Shown here: piece after piece, positions 1-12,255 of the stretch
How the letters are laid out: each line of letters opens with the position of its first letter
How positions within the stretch are numbered: the first letter of the stretch is position 1
Assembly: GCF_001194135.2 (NCBI RefSeq)
Contig: NC_068998.1
Span: 42,029,189 to 42,068,729, forward strand
Direction of reading: 5' to 3'
From: Octopus bimaculoides
Lineage: Eukaryota
Length of the DNA: 39,541 nucleotides
Notes under the pieces: generated by a model
What the model saw: the letters and a program-made list of their open reading frames with translations, nothing else
What the model was told of the DNA's origin: nothing
Databases searched by the model: none
Made by a program: the position numbers and the translations under genes

Positions 1-43
1 ATATATATATATATCCCGCAAATGCAAACACACGCACACGTAC

Positions 44-289
44 GCCCATGCACACCCGCCTCCCCTCTCCACGCCACCGATGTTTTCCAAAGGAAAGGCA
101 AAGCCAATACGGTTTGGCACCAGGGACGTCGCAACTCATTTCTACAGCTGAGTGAATTGGAGTAACGTGAAATAAAGTGTCTTGCTCAAGAGCACAACAC
201 GCAGCCCGGTCCGGTCCGGTCCGGGATTCGAACTCACAACTTCGTAATCGTAAGCTCGATGCTCTAACCACTGACCTATACGCCTTCAC
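44..289 (-). mobile_element. tRNA-derived SINE (family C in this report)
   Basis: The minus strand starts GTGAAGGCGTATAGGTCAGTGGTTAGAGC (A-box-like), has a canonical B-box GAGTTCGAATCCC, then a CORE-like TGTGCTCTTGAGCAAGACACTT segment. The head resembles the SINE at 36560-36905. Confidence 0.85.
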
Positions 290-337
290 GCACCAAATCA
301 AGTCAGGCCTAAAAAATCACCAGGGCATATATGATAT

Positions 338-559
338 ATGTGTATGTGTTTGTGTGTGTGTTTGTGTGTATCCGTGTGCGTTAGTGTGTGTGTGTGTGTG
401 TGTGTGTGCGTGCGAGTGAATGTACGTGCGTGTGTGTGTATGTGTGTGTGTGTGTGTGTGTGTGCACATGTATATATACAGAGAAACACACACGTATATA
501 CAATATACATACATAGAGATAGATAGATTGATAGAGATAGATAGATAGAGAGAGAGAGA

Positions 560-594
<35 letters not shown>

Positions 595-716
595 GTATAT
601 ACACATATATATATATACCTATATACGTAAAAAATATGTGTATAGATATATGCATATATATATGCATATATATATATACATATATGCATATATATATATA
701 TATGCACATGTGCACA

Positions 717-751
<35 letters not shown>

Positions 752-830
752 GTATGTATCTATGTATGTATGTATGTATACATATATGTATACATATATA
801 TATGTGCGTGTCTGTAGATGAATTTGATTG
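338..830. repeat. Compound microsatellite (GT)n/(GATA)n/(GA)n/(TA,TACA)n
   Basis: Read directly from the sequence. Confidence 0.95.
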
Positions 831-1580
831 ATATTTCTAGTTTCGCTTAACGGCATGTTCAACCAATCTGTCTCAGTAATTTGTCGAGTACCAATGATAT
901 TTATGGACTATTGAAGTTGATCTCACCAATGAATTTATCATTACTGTCAATAAAGAAAGACACATATGCACGTGTTCGTGTGTTTATATATCATTATTAG
1001 ACATAACAAATATCGTAAATATAATGATATTTACGATATTCATGCAAAGGTTTAGCAAAGGGTTTTATGAGCTAGAACAATAGAATGATTCATTTGCAGA
1101 TACATAATGCAAATATATATAATTTAAACCAATTAAGTGACGCGTAAAAAAATCACCAGGGCATATATGATTTATGTGTGTGTGCGTGTTTCTGCGTTTG
1201 TGCGTGTGAGTGTATGTTTGTACGTGCGTGTTTGTGTGTGTGTGAACATGTATATATATATATATATATATATATNNNNNNNNNNNNNNNNNNNNNNNNN
1301 NNNNNNNNNNNNNNNNNNNNNNNNNNNNNNNNNNNNNNNNNNNNNNNNNNNNNNNNNNNNNNNNNNNNNNNNNNNNNNNNNNNNNNNNNNNNNNNNNNNN
1401 NNNNNNNNNNNNNNNNNNNNNNNNNNNNNNNNNNNNNNNNNNNNNNNNNNNNNNNNNNNNNNNNNNNNNNNNNNNNNNNNNNNNNNNNNNNNNNNNNNNN
1501 NNNNNNNNNNNNNNNNNNNNNNNNNNNNNNNNNNNNNNNNNNNNNNNNNNNNNNNNNNNNNNNNNNNNNNNNNNNNNNNN

Positions 1581-1633
<53 letters not shown>

Positions 1634-2721
1634 TATTAGTATTCAAGCAGGTATGAAGACCAGCCGAGAAATCCGACTGAAATTAATCTCTGTAAATCTT
1701 AATATTGGGAATAAGAGAAATGAGTATACCAGCAGATGCATAACATACCTACCTCACACAGATTTGCGCGCGCGCATGCAAGCATGCGGGCACTCACACA
1801 CGCATACACAAAAACACACTCACGGAAACACGTCACATGTATATAAATAGAACTCGGCAACACACACACCCAGCCAAATACGAACAGTTAAACATGAAAG
1901 CAAATAGACAGGAATGTGGTAAATCCCTGCCATTAATTTGGTGTGGATGAGTTATATCAAATAATTCAATCACAACATTCTTTACAGTTTTCATCTTTTA
2001 AATTTATTGTACAAAACTGTTCAGCTAATTTGTAAGTCTGTCTAATTAGTCACTCTTTTCTGTATTTAAGGTAGTAAATATTGCCAAATTCTACTTAAAT
2101 AAGTTATTTATAAACTATAATAAAATAAGTTTTAATATTGAAATTTTAATTTTAGCTGCAATATTTTAAGTAAAATGTTTCTTATTCTTTACTTTACTAG
2201 AAGTATTAGCTTGTCCTATACTTTTACAGGTTTATAATCTTAAGAATATTACTTTTCATGCTCACATTTTTCCATGCAATATATATATATATATATATAT
2301 ATACATACACTAAGATATTTACATCACACATATACGCACATGTAAATGTAAATGTGTATATAGATACATTTACATACATTCATACATACATATGCATACA
2401 TATACATAGATATATAAATATATATATGAATATACATGTGTATGTATGTGTGTTTGTGTGTGAAGAATTGTATGACTATTTTTAACACGCTCGGGCGCAT
2501 TGGGATATCTATGATATTATCTCCACGAAAAAATTTTCTCTAATATTTTTGGCACAGAAAAGGACATTCACCCGAACTTCGATTTGTGGTGCACACTATC
2601 ACACTGATGCACATACATAACCACAGACAAACACATACAAAGAAATACAAATAGACACACATGCACACATACATGCGCACACACGGACACACATACACAC
2701 ATGCACACATACAGTCGCACA

Positions 2722-2724
<3 letters not shown>

Positions 2725-2797
<73 letters not shown>
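2725..2797. repeat. Long perfect (TA)n microsatellite
   Basis: Uninterrupted TA run. Confidence 0.95.
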
Positions 2798-2799
<2 letters not shown>

Positions 2800-3015
2800 T
2801 ATTGAATACTTGTATATGTATGCATATTTCTACATAGAAATTGAAAATGAAATTTAAAATTACTAATACGATAGCTATTATAGAAACAATAAATCTACTC
2901 TAGATATAATTTTTAAAATATTTTGTTGACTGTAAACATAATTCTTACGCCGTTGCGGGTGTTTTCTGAGGAGATTTACGAGACATGTCAGATACTTAAA
3001 TAAACTGCTTTCATA

Positions 3016-3082
3016 GGCGAGGGAGTGGCTGTGTGGTAAGTAGCTCGCTTACCAACCACATGGTTCCGCTTTCAGTTCCACG
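3016..3082 (+). mobile_element. SINE family A, 5' head fragment
   Basis: GGCGAGGGAGTGGCTGTGTGGTAAGTAGCTCGCTTACCAACCACATGGTTCC matches the head of the copy at 10057-10508. Confidence 0.8.
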
Positions 3083-3244
3083 TGTCTTTGTCTAAATTTC
3101 CTGTCCGTTAAGTTTTCGTCTAATATTCCGTTTGCTCTGCTTTCGTGTAAATTTTCTCCTTGTTGTGTACTTTCTGTTCAACCCTTAATATCTCCATGTA
3201 GCGCAACGTACACCCTGTTTGTATATTTTATATGTGTGTATATA

Positions 3245-3287
<43 letters not shown>

Positions 3288-3746
3288 NNNNNNNNNNNNN
3301 NNNNNNNNNNNNNNNNNNNNNNNNNNNNNNNNNNNNNNNNNNNNNNNNNNNNNNNNNNNNNNNNNNNNNNNNNNNNNNNNNNNNNNNNNNNNNNNNNNNN
3401 NNNNNNNNNNNNNNNNNNNNNNNNNNNNNNNNNNNNNNNNNNNNNNNNNNNNNNNNNNNNNNNNNNNNNNNNNNNNNNNNNNNNNNNNNNNNNNNNNNNN
3501 NNNNNNNNNNNNNNNNNNNNNNNNNNNNNNNNNNNNNNNNNNNNNNNNNNNNNNNNNNNNNNNNNNNNNNNNNNNNNNNNNNNNNNNNNNNNNNNNNNNN
3601 NNNNNNNNNNNNNNNNNNNNNNNNNNNNNNNNNNNNNNNNNNNNNNNNNNNNNNNNNNNNNNNNNNNNNNNNNNNNNNNNNNNNNNNNNNNNNNNNNNNN
3701 NNNNNNNNNNNNNNNNNNNNNNNNNNNNNNNNNNNNNNNNNNNNNN

Positions 3747-3790
<44 letters not shown>

Positions 3791-4161
3791 ATACATATAT
3801 ACATACATACAAACACACACTTATATATGTGTATATATTTATGTATATGTATGTATACATACATACACAGAAAAACTCACACACACACACAGACACGCAC
3901 GCACACATCTGATGAATGACTTCTAGGAAACAAAGCGTTTAGAGACAGCTGGTTAGTTGATAAATATTACTAAGTTATATGTAGGAAATTCTGTTAGTAA
4001 AATTCCATCATATGATTATATGAAGAAGACCAGAAAACACAGAACATAATTTACTGATATACGTGGGCGGTAAAAATAGAAAAAAACTGTAATATTCGTC
4101 ATGAAACGAATCTGTCATTACGTTTCCAATGTTCACTGTATATCTGGTTTCTCATTTCATA

Positions 4162-4400
4162 TTTTTACTGGTTTCAGTCATTAGACTGCGGCCAAGGTCT
4201 GACAGAATCGTAAAAAATTTATAGTCGTATATGTAGAAGCCATTACTTTTTTTTTAACCCCAGGTACTTGTGCTATCGGTGACTTTACTGAACCGTTTCA
4301 TTATGGGAACATAGCCACATCACCACTTGTCAAGCGGTGGATGGTGGAGAGACAAACACAGGTACAACACAAACAAACATATACAGACGCACACTCGCAC
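4162..4400 (-). mobile_element. SINE family A, diverged 3' half
   Basis: TTTTACTGGTTTCAGTCATTAGACTGCGGCC...TTGTCAAGCG...GACAAACACA aligns by eye with 13469-13680. Confidence 0.7.
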
Positions 4401-4418
4401 GTTATAAAAATAAAACTA

Positions 4419-4421
<3 letters not shown>

Positions 4422-4467
<46 letters not shown>

Positions 4468-4480
4468 TCATTATTATTAG

Positions 4481-4557
<77 letters not shown>
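4422..4557. repeat. (AAT)n followed by (ATT)n microsatellite
   Basis: Read directly; the two blocks are reverse complements of each other. Confidence 0.95.
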
Positions 4558-4559
<2 letters not shown>

Positions 4560-4772
4560 GGGGGCGAGCTGGCAGAATCGTTAGCACATCTGCCGAAATG
4601 CTTAGCAGTATTGCGCCTGTCGCTTTGTTCTGAGTTCAACTTCCGCCGAGGTCGACTTTGTCTTTCATCCTTTTAGGGTCGATAAAATAATTACCAGTTG
4701 TGTACTGGTGTCGATATCATCGACTATCCGCTCCCCCCCCAATTTCACTCTTTCTGCCTATTGTAGATAGCA
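4560..4772 (+). mobile_element. SINE family B with (ATT)n tail
   Basis: GGGCGAGCTGGCAGAATCGTTAGC head, GAGTTCAACTTCC B-box-like segment, GAGGTCGACTTTG...GGTCGATAAAATAA body, then ATT repeats. A second copy follows immediately. Confidence 0.8.
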
Positions 4773-4798
4773 TTATTATTATTATTATTATTATTATT

Positions 4799-4980
4799 GC
4801 AGTGAGCTGACTGATCCGTTTGCATGTTGGGCGATATGCTTGGCGGTATTTCGTCTGCCACTACGTTGTGAGTTGAAATTCCTCCGAGGTCGACTTTCAA
4901 GCTCTCGAGTTCGATAAATTAAGAACCACAGGGTTCAGTATAATCGACTAGTCCCCTCTCCCAAATTTCGTCCTGTGTAA
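4799..4980 (+). mobile_element. SINE family B, tandem second copy
   Basis: Colinear with 4560-4772 (GAGCTG, GCTTGGCGGTATTTCG, CCGAGGTCGACTTT, TCGATAAATTAAG, ATAATCGACTA). Confidence 0.8.
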
Positions 4981-6002
4981 AACCCTTTTCATAGAAAGTA
5001 TGAAAAACCGTTAATATTTCCTTCAAACTTTGCGTTTGTTACATTTATTCAAACCCACAAAGTATTCCTCTCAGCACATGACTGTGATGCTCATGATCAG
5101 AAATGCAAATATCGACAACCACTAAGGAACGTGCTCACTGATATTTCCGCTTTGGCAACTCAGCGCTGAATCTGTCTGTAGTAGAAATGTAATACAAAAT
5201 AGGTCAATTTCGAAACATTAGTGTACAGGTCGCAAATGCAAAGACTGAAGGGAACAGTAGACATTTTGCTTTGATTTTTAGATAGAAGCAAATTGGAAAT
5301 AACACACACCAAAGACAAACAAAAAAAAAAAATTCTTACAGCAATATTATTAGTATTAACATTAGTATGTACTATGTGATACGTCGTACAATTAATCTCG
5401 TCTTAGTTTTGGCTTATTTTGAAATCGGTATTTTTACAATTCATAAATGTACAATAATCCTGTTATATATTCATACATATATACACGCAAGTACACATGC
5501 ATAGATACGCACGCACACACACACACACACACATATGTATATGTATATGTATATTCATACATTCATACACGTTATATATATGCATATATACACGTATATG
5601 ATGATTATCTATATGTAAGTAATAGAAGATTACAAGTTATCCGAACCATTGTTTCGTCTCCCTTCATTCTTTCTGTTCCGCTGTCCACATTACTGTATTC
5701 TCAAGAAAGAAAATATAATCGTGTTTATTTTCCGTATGAGTGAACATAGATTAGATTCTAGACACTTTTAGCAACTAATGTATATTGAGCACTTTTTGGT
5801 TTATTTTTATGCCACACGAGATATCAAAGACTATAATATATATATGTGTGTGTGTGTCTACATATATTACATATATATATATTATATATAAACANNNNNN
5901 NNNNNNNNNNNNNNNNNNNNNNNNNNNNNNNNNNNNNNNNNNNNNNNNNNNNNNNNNNNNNNNNNNNNNNNNNNNNNNNNNNNNNNNNNNNNNNNNNNNN
6001 NN

Positions 6003-6035
<33 letters not shown>

Positions 6036-6746
6036 TACACACACACACATTCATACATATATATATATTATATATAAACATAATATATATATTTATATAT
6101 GTATATATATTTATCTATTTCTATATAATTATATGTCATTGTATATACATATTATATATATCTGTATATATATAAATTGTATGTATGTATGTATGCACGT
6201 GTGTTTGTATCTATGTATCTACGTATGTATATACGCAAGCATACACCAAGAGTGAGGGGGGAGAGGATGGATGTGTAGAAGGATCTCCACTGTTTTCGAC
6301 GACGAGGAATCAATTTTTTATCGAACTAATATAGCCCCTAACTGAATAAACAATTGGAATATACTTGTCTTCAGTCATGCATGATCCTATTAACTCACGG
6401 CCCTATACATATTTAAGTGGAACCACATTTACCGTCAATCCGAAGCGCTCATATCCTGTCTTCGTTGATCCGAGTTATGTCTCAAGGCTCTAAAACCCGG
6501 CTCTAAAACCGCCAATTGCCAGGCAGCGTAATCAGTGTCAGAGCTCTAAAACCGCAAATTGAAGTGCTCAAAAATTCAAACATGCTGCAGATACAAATAC
6601 ACATACATCCATATATATATATATGGGATGCCTGAACTCACTAGCCGATGAATTCGTAAGTGCCTTTTCTTCTCGTTGATTTTTGGCGTCGCATGGCCAG
6701 AAATTACCGTGAATTTTTTTAGAGACACTTTCAGATTTATCAGAAT

Positions 6747-6804
6747 ATTGGGCTGATGAGACGGAATAGATTAATATCTTAACCGCGAAACGTTCGTATC
6801 CAAT
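6747..6804 (+). ncRNA. Minimal type I hammerhead ribozyme motif (HHR-1)
   Basis: Stem I AUUGGG(6747-52)/UCCAAU(6799-6804); core CUGAUGA 6753-59; stem II G-C plus CGG/CCG; GAAA 6787-90; stem III ACG-UU-CGU; GUA triplet 6796-98. Confidence 0.7.
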
Positions 6805-7038
6805 TAACTAAAGGCAGGTTTGTTTTTGCTTTTCACTCTGGTTTTTTGTTCTATGTGCGCCATAAATATCGCCATCCATTTAGAGAAACATTTGTAGTTT
6901 AGAATCAGTAGTTTTTTGACTGNNNNNNNNNNNNNNNNNNNNNNNNNNNNNNNNNNNNNNNNNNNNNNNNNNNNNNNNNNNNNNNNNNNNNNNNNNNNNN
7001 NNNNNNNNNNNNNNNNNNNNNNNNNNNNNNNNNNNNNN

Positions 7039-7076
<38 letters not shown>

Positions 7077-7669
7077 GACAGAGAAAAAACAATATTTGAA
7101 CGCAGGACAGCTGTGAAGTCAGCTTAGAAAATCGGGGTAAACACTTCTTTAATAGAAGGGTAAAAGTGGCCAGGAAGACTCAACAGAGAATCAAATATTG
7201 TACTTCTTAAATTCCATGTTCTGAAAAAAGGTGTTACTTGAGTATAGAGTGTAATATGTAACTAAAGAAATTACTACAAAAAAAAAAGAATGTATATAAT
7301 TGTACAATTTTACAACCTAAAAGCAGAGATATATGCATCACTAATGTCGCAAATGGCACTTATCAGCACGTGTATTGCTAGAAATAAGAGTCAAAGCAAA
7401 TCAATAGCTACAGAAAGCACTATCTTAATGACTGACAAGGGAGGGAAGCACCCTATGGCAGCAGATATAGCCAACTCATCGGTGATTTCGTGTTTCAATG
7501 CTTTTTCATCTTTATGCTCCTCAGTGTCTATCACCACGCCTACGATTAAACTCAACTCGCCTTGTCAGTTTATAAGATTTCTGTTGAAATCGTACGCTGA
7601 TTTCATAAACGGTATATATATTTATATAATGAGACGGAAACAAAAAATGGATTAGCAATAAGCTTTATT

Positions 7670-7777
7670 CAGTACAACGATCGTTTCGACTCATCCTGCA
7701 TCTGTCGCTTATGGGTGGGATATTATACAGCTAGTTGTGTTGCATTCATCAATGCAGGCTCTGTCTCGTCAGGTGTC
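7670..7777 (-). ncRNA. Type I hammerhead motif with long stem II insertion (HHR-2), stem I decayed
   Basis: The minus strand reads CUGACGA GAC...CCUGCAU...AUGCAGG...GUC GAAAC GAUC GUU, with a perfect palindrome AACGATCGTT at 7676-85 and AATAAA 7 nt downstream. Stem I has only about 2 bp. Confidence 0.55.
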
Positions 7778-9533
7778 TCATTTAAATAAGATACATCACT
7801 ATATATACTGATTTACACTTGGCATGTTGTGGTCGCTCGTAGTATGTTGGCTATACTAACAGACGGTGGAAATGATTTCGAGCCTGTCAATAGTTCATAG
7901 TTAATACATGACTTAACTTAAAGAAATAAAAGAAGGAGAAAGAAACATGACAAAGGATACGAATTAAAAGATAAAGTGAAGAAGGATAGGTATACACTTG
8001 TTGATATGAACACATATATAGATGTACACACACGTTCACGCACNNNNNNNNNNNNNNNNNNNNNNNNNNNNNNNNNNNNNNNNNNNNNNNNNNNNNNNNN
8101 NNNNNNNNNNNNNNNNNNNNNNNNNNNNNNNNNNNNNNNNNNNNNNNNNNNNNNNNNNNNNNNNNNNNNNNNNNNNNNNNNNNNNNNNNNNNNNNNNNNN
8201 NNNNNNNNNNNNNNNNNNNNNNNNNNNNNNNNNNNNNNNNNNNNNNNNNNNNNNNNNNNNNNNNNNNNNNNNNNNNNNNNNNNNNNNNNNNNNNNNNNNN
8301 NNNNNNNNNNNNNNNNNNNNNNNNNNNNNNNNNNNNNNNNNNNNNNNNNNNNNNNNNNNNNNNNNNNNNNNNNNNNNNNNNNNNNNNNNNNNNNNNNNNN
8401 NNNNNNNNNNNNNNNNNNNNNNNNNNNNNNNNNNNNNNNNNNNNNNNNNNNNNNNNNNNNNNNNNNNNNNNNNNNNNNNNNNNNNNNNNNNNNNNNNNNN
8501 NNNNNNNNNNNNNNNNNNNNNNNNNNNNNNNNNNNNNNNNNNNNNNNNNNNNNNNNNNNNNNNNNNNNNNNNNNNNNNNNNNNNNNNNNNNNNNNNNNNN
8601 NNNNNNNNNNNNNNNNNNNNNNNNNNNNNNNNNNNNNNNNNNNNNNNNNNNNNNNNNNNNNNNNNNNNNNNNNNNNNNNNNNNNNNNNNNNNNNNNNNNN
8701 NNNNNNNNNNNNNNNNNNNNNNNNNNNNNNNNNNNNNNNNNNNNNNNNNNNNNNNNNNNNNNNNNNNNNNNNNNNNNNNNNNNNNNNNNNNNNNNNNNNN
8801 NNNNNNNNNNNNNNNNNNNNNNNNNNNNNNNNNNNNNNNNNNNNNNNNNNNNNNNNNNNNATATATATATACATATATATATATACACATACATATATAC
8901 ATACATATATATGTATGTATGTATCTATCTATATATATATATATATGTGCGTGTGTGTGTGTATGTCTTTTTGTTTATGTATGAATGTACGTTTACGCGG
9001 GTGTATGCTATTGTGCATCTATGCACAGATGTCTACATACGCACACAATTGTGTGAGTTGGTGTATATGTTGGTGCATCAATGTTAAACCCAAGTATGGA
9101 GAAATGTTGTCACCTGACTTATAATTGGTATCGTTTGACGAATGATACGTTGTTTTATTTGGAATCATCTGGACTTGAGAGCCGAATTTCTGAAACATGA
9201 GGGAATAATATCGCAAGCTTTCAGTTGAAGTTGTACATCATATAGAAATGCCTACAATTTATTACTGCCTCAGTGAATTCTGACAACAAATGAGCTGCAA
9301 TAATTGTGTAATAAACCATGCAGCTAAATGTTTATTTAATGTTTGTTTGAATATCGCTTTCGCTGTCGTTCTATCATGAAACCCATCCTCACGCACACAC
9401 ACAGACAGACTCACACTCGCATAAAAACTTATATACACAAACATTATCAGGAATATATATGTACGTTTACTTATATGTTATGTATATATATATGTGTGTG
9501 TGTATTGATATATATATGTACGTACATACATAC

Positions 9534-9689
<156 letters not shown>

Positions 9690-10056
9690 GTAATTATATA
9701 CGCACACATGTGTATAATTACAGTTTTGGAAACAAACATCTTCACATAAACAATTACACGGACATCTTTTATTCGACATAGATATAATGTCTTCTATTCT
9801 AACTAATGTTTTCTGCTTAAAAGCAAATATCCTTTCTTATCCAATTTCATGAATATTTGGTTGTTATTTCTAGCAACAAATTAGCCGCATAGATACACTT
9901 GCATTGTCTCAGGGCTACTAATCAATCTTAGTGATCCATAAAAGTTTAAATCTTTAACTGCTTTGCCTGTCAGCGAACATATTAAATATATTCTTTATTT
10001 TTAGATAGGAATAACGTGGAAGTGTAAGGGTGATTTGACTGCTATTTCAAATTGAT

Positions 10057-10508
10057 GGAACAGGCGTGGCTGTGTGGTAAGAAGTTTGCTTCCGATCCAC
10101 ATCGTTTTGGTTTCGTTCCGACAGTGTAGCACCTTAGTCAGGTGACTTATTTTAGACACGAACCTACCAGAGCATTGAGAACGAATTTGGTACACATAAA
10201 CTGAAAGAAGCCTACCGTGTGAATATGTGTATGTGTATGTCTGTGTTTGTGTGTGTGTGTGTGTGTGTGTATGTGCGTGTATGTGTGCGTTATTATGTCT
10301 GTTTGTCTCTTGCAATGCTGACAGCAGGTGTTGCTGCGTTTACATTTCCGTAATCTATCAGTTCAGTAAAATAAACTAATAGAATAAGAAGACTTAACAA
10401 AATGGAACATCAAAAAATGTACCGGGTTTAATTCATTCGACTAGAAATTTTTCAAGGCGATGCCCCAGCATGGTCGCAGTCTAATAACTAAAGCAAGTAA
10501 AAGATAAA
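10057..10508 (+). mobile_element. SINE family A, full-length diverged copy
   Basis: Head CAGGCGTGGCTGTGTGGTAAG, central (GT)n linker after CTGAAAGAAGCC, tail CCCCAGCATGGTCGCAGTC...AAGTAAAAGATAAA. Colinear with the reverse complement of 13469-13805. Confidence 0.8.
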
Positions 10509-10545
10509 TGATACCGATACAGGTTTCAAACATATGTTTCAGAAA

Positions 10546-10610
10546 TCGAGCCTCACTGCGGGGCGACCTGGGCAAGTGTCTTCCAATACAACTCAGGGCC
10601 TACCAAAGTG
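10546..10610 (+). mobile_element. SINE family A, core fragment
   Basis: CACTGCG...CCTGGGCAAGTGTCTTC...GGGCCTACCAAAG. Confidence 0.6.
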
Positions 10611-10879
10611 GAGGCTTCAAAAGACATTTTATGATCCTCAAAGATCAGAGGTTATCTGCAGCTCTTAGTGGTCCAAATGGGATATGCAATCTATGTGGGT
10701 GTCTTTTCAAAACATTGTCTTGTTTCAAAAGCCACATCAGATGCCTTGATGGTTCTAAGGTGTAGGTATAGGAGGTGGTTAAACTCTGCATAAGGAGTAG
10801 ACAACGACTANNNNNNNNNNATATATACACATACACATACACATAAATATATGTGCCTAACACGTCTTTATCATTCATC

Positions 10880-11149
10880 CTTTGCTTGTATCGTCAATTA
10901 GACAGCAGCTATGCTAGGGCATCGTCATCGTCTTCAAGGATGTTTTAGTCGCATATATCGACCACAGTACTTATGTTTTAAGCCTGGTACTTATTCTATC
11001 AGTCTCTTTGCCGATCTGCTAACTACGGAGACGTAAACATACCAACACCGGCTGTTAAGCGGCGGTGGGGGATAAAAATAGACACACAGACACACACACA
11101 CATATTATGGTGTCTGGCGAGATTCATTCTTTTTTAGTGCCTTATTACT

Positions 11150-11232
<83 letters not shown>

Positions 11233-11312
11233 CATGGTGCTTCTCTCAGTTTCTGTCTACCAATCCACTTGCAATTATTTGGTCACCCCGAGGTACTTGT
11301 CCAAGGTGCCAT
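10880..11312 (-). mobile_element. SINE family A, diverged copy with expanded CA/TA linker
   Basis: AAGCCTGGTACTTATTCTATCAGTCTCTTTGCCG...ACGTAAACATACC...CAGTTTCTGTCTACCAATCCAC...CCAAGGTGCC, colinear with 13469-13805. Confidence 0.8.
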
Positions 11313-12149
11313 GACCTTATATGTTTGCATGTATGAATAATGTAAATGATTGTTTTCATGTGAAATTATACACAGGAGAATTGTATGTGTACATTACACA
11401 CGTGCATACATACATACATAAATACATACATACATAAATACATACATACATACATACATACATACACATATAAATACGTTCGTACGTACGTGTACGTCTG
11501 TGTACATTTGAGTCATTGTGTTTTCAATCATAGATTACACGTACATTTTCTGTTTGTATACGTTTCACCGCTGCCAAAACTACCACCAAATCAATTTACC
11601 GGTTAACAGAGATATGGGTCTTCCGTAAATGCAATTACATGATTGCATAATTGCAGACAGTTGCACGCAAGTACGCACTATTACAAACTGCACTATTCTG
11701 CCAAGAAAGAACATTATTACTGATGGCTGCCAAAATATGTAAGTCTTGGCAACAAAAATTCAGTGGTTTTTGCATGATGCTTTTGAATTCTTTTTTTGCA
11801 TTTCTGCTGTGTGTTTTTCTTTTTGCATACATGGTGTTTGGTGAATTATAAATATCAGGTCAGAATCTATTTCGGCCACCAACAGCGAACAAGGTCACAA
11901 GTTTGTAGGCTCCATGGAAGTTATAGCGCCGTTGAAAATCGTTTACGTGTTTATTGACAATGTTAACGCGTGAGTGACACTTCCGGTACCACGCCGGATA
12001 TATATCAGGAAATTATAGTATTGATTGATTGTAGTCTCTTTTCTTGATTATCAATTTATGTATTAATTTATCTTTTTTGTTTATTTATTTATTCATCTTT
12101 AGAGTTTTCTAATGTACATACAATGTTGCGTTAGCAATTTCCTTCCTGT

Positions 12150-12255
12150 AGCACCTCGCACAAATAAGTGTCTTCTACTATAGCCTCGAGCTGACCAATA
12201 CCTTGTGAGTGGATTTCGTAGACGGAAACAGAAAGAAGCCTCTCGTATGAATATA
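12150..12255 (+). mobile_element. SINE family A, fragment ending at the mariner insertion
   Basis: AAGTGTCTTCTACTATAGCCTCG...CCTTGTGAGTGGATTTCGTAGACGGAAACAGAAAGAAGCC, ending in the TA linker. Confidence 0.8.

Noticed and set aside
200-289. tRNA gene from A/B boxes (also 36830-36905)
   Set aside because: No full cloverleaf, and the sequence continues into a SINE body.
1651-1691. Possible plus-strand exon YEDQPRNPTEINL
   Set aside because: The same CAG|GTATGA fits a donor equally well, so it is ambiguous, and it is too short to support.
3905-3945. CTGATGA...GAAAC...GTT hammerhead-like string
   Set aside because: No 10.1-11.1 pair, and stems I and II do not form.
6487-6552. Three GCTCTAAAAC copies (reverse complement of GTTTTAGAGC, the start of the SpCas9 repeat)
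   Set aside because: Only 10-11 bp, irregular spacing (13 and 43 bp), no cas genes and a eukaryotic context; not a CRISPR array.
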